DNA of 46,437 nucleotides from a virus (Duplodnaviria; Heunggongvirae; Uroviricota; Caudoviricetes): IMG/VR virus record IMGVR_UViG_2925903241_000005, positions 1 to 46,437 of that record; one strand, 5' to 3'. Shown piece by piece: positions 43,857 to 46,437 of this stretch (position 1 is its first letter; each line of letters starts with the position of its first letter). The notes under the pieces were generated by a model. It saw only the letters and a program-made list of their open reading frames with translations, ran no database searches and was not told where the DNA came from. The position numbers and the translations under genes were made by a program.

Positions 43857-44819
43857 TTATTTACCCTTATTATACTCTTCAGTAATCTTATTCATGGATG
43901 ATATATATTTATCCAGCCCACCATAGTTGGCTATCATTCGAAATGAATTACGGTACTCTGCCATTTTCACATCATGATTAGTAATTCCACACCAGCCACA
44001 AACTTTATTTTCCATGTTTAAAGGCTCATAACATTTTTTACATTGCCTTGATGCAGGTATTATATTGCCATTAATAAATTGGTGTGATTTGAGATTTTGA
44101 GATAAAAGAAATGGTGTAGTTGTTGTTTTTCCTATTACCATTTCGAAATATCTACATTTAGCCTTTTTAGCTAAAGATTGAATTTTCTGCTTTAATAAAT
44201 CATTTGATTTGTGCCCAACTATAACTCCAGTTATACAATTAATCGGTACCGGAAGGAGCATAAGATTGTCATTCAGTTTAGTAAGTGCTTTCTCATTAAT
44301 TATTACGCGACGTTCCTGCTCATAACTCCAGCAAGTTTGTTTTGTCAAATATGCGGCTGTCATTATACAGGATTGTAGCCAGTAGATATAACGAGGTTTA
44401 CAGATATGAAATGCTCTCGCCAGAATGTCTTCAATACCTGTATCTGGAGAATCTTTATATTCAACATCTGCTATTGAACTATGATCCTGGAAGCCGATTT
44501 CATCCAAATACTTTTTAAACTTCTCCTCATTAATCTCTATTACAAAACCAGAAGAATTACCTGCATAATGTGCCCACATAGGTGGTATCACAGGGCTTTT
44601 CGTAAAACAAGTTGCTGGTTGTTTTGTAACCATGGCAATCATTTCATTGTAAAATGCTAACTCATCAGAACCGCGATTAAAATCAATAGTAAGGAAAAAC
44701 TCATAGGGATCATTATATTCATGTAAATGAGAGAATTTTATTCCTATATGTGTTTCATCCATCATCAATTTATCAATTATATCCGCTCCCATAAACTTAT
44801 ACAAATTGGTCATATACAA
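43857..44819 (-). CDS. DUF2971-family protein with C-terminal C4 zinc ribbon (cargo)
   Basis: ..IKFSHLHEYNDPYEF.. and ..MWAHYAGNSSGFVIEI.. DUF2971-like motifs; C-terminal CKKCYEPLNMENKVCGWCG; AT-rich; paralogous to the frameshifted gene at 1886..2688. Confidence 0.55.
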   Translation of the reverse strand: MYMTNLYKFMGADIIDKLMMDETHIGIKFSHLHEYNDPYEFFLTIDFNRGSDELAFYNEMIAMVTKQPATCFTKSPVIPPMWAHYAGNSSGFVIEINEEKFKKYLDEIGFQDHSSIADVEYKDSPDTGIEDILARAFHICKPRYIYWLQSCIMTAAYLTKQTCWSYEQERRVIINEKALTKLNDNLMLLPVPINCITGVIVGHKSNDLLKQKIQSLAKKAKCRYFEMVIGKTTTTPFLLSQNLKSHQFINGNIIPASRQCKKCYEPLNMENKVCGWCGITNHDVKMAEYRNSFRMIANYGGLDKYISSMNKITEEYNKGK

Positions 44820-44897
44820 CTCCTTTTTTATAAAATAACATTTTAAATCATATGATTATGGAGGCACAAAATCCAGTAATTAGTTTTCAAGCCGGTT

Positions 44898-45262
44898 GTG
44901 ATGTAGTTCGAGGACAAACTGAAACGTATTATTGATAACAGTCGCGATAACGTTGCCTGCCCGTATATCGTTCACCGTATACCGAGCGTAATAACAAACG
45001 CAGTAAAGAGGTATCCGCACCTGCCTATCTTAGCCATACTTTTCATTGCCCCGTGATTCGTTAGGCTTGTGTAATAATTTGACGATGGAGCTGCGCCCCC
45101 ACATTCCACAAAATACGCGCACTAGCTGCATTTTGTTTGATAAACAGGGAGTAGACCACAAGGGCTCATAGCCCACAGCGACGCGAAATCAACGAAAATT
45201 TATACGCGGAACCATATGATTGGGTAATGCTTCCGCACGGTGAAATTAAATACAATGCATAA
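44898..45262 (+). pseudogene. degraded integrase 3'-end remnant
   Basis: Nucleotide sequence is colinear with the last about 360 bp of int (for example aaacgcagtaaagaggt, ttgataaaca, gcgatgcgaaatc shared) but has no intact ORF. Confidence 0.6.
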
Positions 45263-45264
45263 TA

Positions 45265-45295
45265 AAATTGGCCTCAAATGAGGCCAATTTTGGGG
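45265..45295. terminator. bidirectional hairpin terminator
   Basis: AAAATTGGCCTCA-AATGAGGCCAATTTT perfect hairpin between the int remnant and the converging minus-strand gene. Confidence 0.45.
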
Positions 45296-45296
45296 A

Positions 45297-45731
45297 TTAG
45301 GACGCTTTAGACTTGGTCATATTAGCGCAACGCTGGATTAATTTCTCTGCAGTCTTAATCGCGGTGCTTGATTGGGTTGGCGTAATAGTGTCGTTAAGTC
45401 TGTAATCACAAACTATTCTCTGATCCTTAAGCGATTGAAGAGCATACCCCAAACCAATTAAGTCTCTTTTTTCAAAAGGTTCGTTACCCTTCCAAGCATC
45501 GTTAACAAGATAGTCAATGAGGCCTTGGTGACTTTCTTTCGGCCCCATGGTCAAACACGGAAGTACGTGGTGATAAGCACCATAATACGCACGTGCGACA
45601 GCGTTTCTGTAACCAATTTCGTCGTTACGCTTTTCACAATCTTTTGCGAAAGCGATAAAATCGGAACTATTAACTGGCACGCGCAGGTTCCTCCAAACGC
45701 CCTTCAAACCATACGCTGAAGGGTTTTCCAA
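45297..45731 (-). CDS. hypothetical protein with HEPN-like R-x6-H motif
   Basis: 144 aa; ..RNAVARAYYGAYHHVL.. contains R-x6-H; overlaps the 3' end of the upstream gene by about 60 bp. Confidence 0.35.
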   Translation of the reverse strand: MENPSAYGLKGVWRNLRVPVNSSDFIAFAKDCEKRNDEIGYRNAVARAYYGAYHHVLPCLTMGPKESHQGLIDYLVNDAWKGNEPFEKRDLIGLGYALQSLKDQRIVCDYRLNDTITPTQSSTAIKTAEKLIQRCANMTKSKAS

Positions 45732-46437
45732 TCAAACTTTCATTTTCTGCAAGAGAAAATGCTATATCCAAGTTCATATCAGAGAGAACATCAGAATCTT
45801 CAGTATTAACTGCCATGACATATGATGACGTACGCTCTTCAGGGATAGAGCAGAAAGACATAGCAACAGGACTAACTTTATGGTCAGCCATGATATCCAC
45901 TATGCGGTTTGCAATATCCTGTAGTTCTTCATCAGTAATTCCAGTTGCACTTTTGAAGGTCGTGGATTGGGCCAGTGCTGTGGCTGCGAGGTGCTTAACC
46001 AATTCAGCCTCCTTTTCATCTACCATACTTATCAATCTCTCAGCATAGTAGAGCGCTTTGTCAATACGCCCCAAGAACAAGTTAGCTTCCCATGCATGGG
46101 ACAGCATCGTAGGGGAGTTATAACGTTCAACTAATCGATTTACCACTTGTTCAACTTCACGGAAGCTGCCGTAATCGTTGAGATAAACTACATAATTTTG
46201 AGCAATGATCAGGTTGTTATGCTTCAATGCTTCTTCAAAGAATGCAACTGCAGTATCTTTACGCCCAAAAGCACCATTAGCCAACGCTTTGAGATAGTCC
46301 TCAGATGCGCTGTCGCGCAACTTTTCTATATCTCTGATATAACGAAAATATTGCATTTCGGATATCGTATTCCGAGCCGCAAGAATATCGATTAATTCAC
46401 TGCTGATTTCGTTCGCTTTTAGCGCCGGCTGTGGCAT
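45670..46437 (-). CDS. hypothetical alpha-helical protein (possibly 5'-truncated by window edge)
   Basis: 255 aa; ATG sits at the last bases of the window, so upstream extension cannot be excluded; forms an operon with the 144-aa gene. Confidence 0.35.
   Translation of the reverse strand: MPQPALKANEISSELIDILAARNTISEMQYFRYIRDIEKLRDSASEDYLKALANGAFGRKDTAVAFFEEALKHNNLIIAQNYVVYLNDYGSFREVEQVVNRLVERYNSPTMLSHAWEANLFLGRIDKALYYAERLISMVDEKEAELVKHLAATALAQSTTFKSATGITDEELQDIANRIVDIMADHKVSPVAMSFCSIPEERTSSYVMAVNTEDSDVLSDMNLDIAFSLAENESLIGKPFSVWFEGRLEEPARAS

Overview
The window is almost entirely one lambda-like (lambdoid) prophage lying in inverted orientation, with cargo genes at both ends and inside the late operon. 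The late operon is on the minus strand: a QuuQ-type Q antiterminator (32029..31277), a pR'/tR'-like leader, a three-gene AT-rich cargo island, a P21-type lysis cassette (pinholin S, SAR endolysin R, Rz with embedded Rz1), cos (cosN near 26473..26484), then a complete lambda morphogenesis module Nu1-A-W-B-C-D-E-FI-FII-Z-U-V-G/T-H-M-L-K-I-J-lom and a long mosaic side tail fibre ending at 2975. The early/replication region (37791..32043, minus) carries cro-like, CII/YdaT-like, an O-like initiator with internal iteron-like repeats, Dam methylase, a LexA DNA-binding-domain-only protein, RusA, KilA-N and DUF968 genes; no helicase loader was recognised. The immunity/early-left arm is on the plus strand: a CI-type S24 repressor (37889..38515) flanked by CTAAG-N4-CTTAG operator-like palindromes, a frameshifted ClpX-zinc-finger-like gene, a DicF-like sRNA, a YfdP/Q/R/S/T-like block, xis and int (42535..43719). 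No N, bet/exo/gam, CRISPR, tRNA or IS element was recognised. Beyond the tail fibre lie a DUF4236 gene, a frameshifted DUF2971 gene and a partial dinI-like gene; beyond int lie an intact DUF2971 gene, a degraded second integrase 3' end, and a two-gene module whose small protein has an HEPN-like motif. All protein-family calls come from reading the translations against remembered family motifs, not from database searches. Coordinates of non-ORF features were counted by eye and may be off by a few bp.
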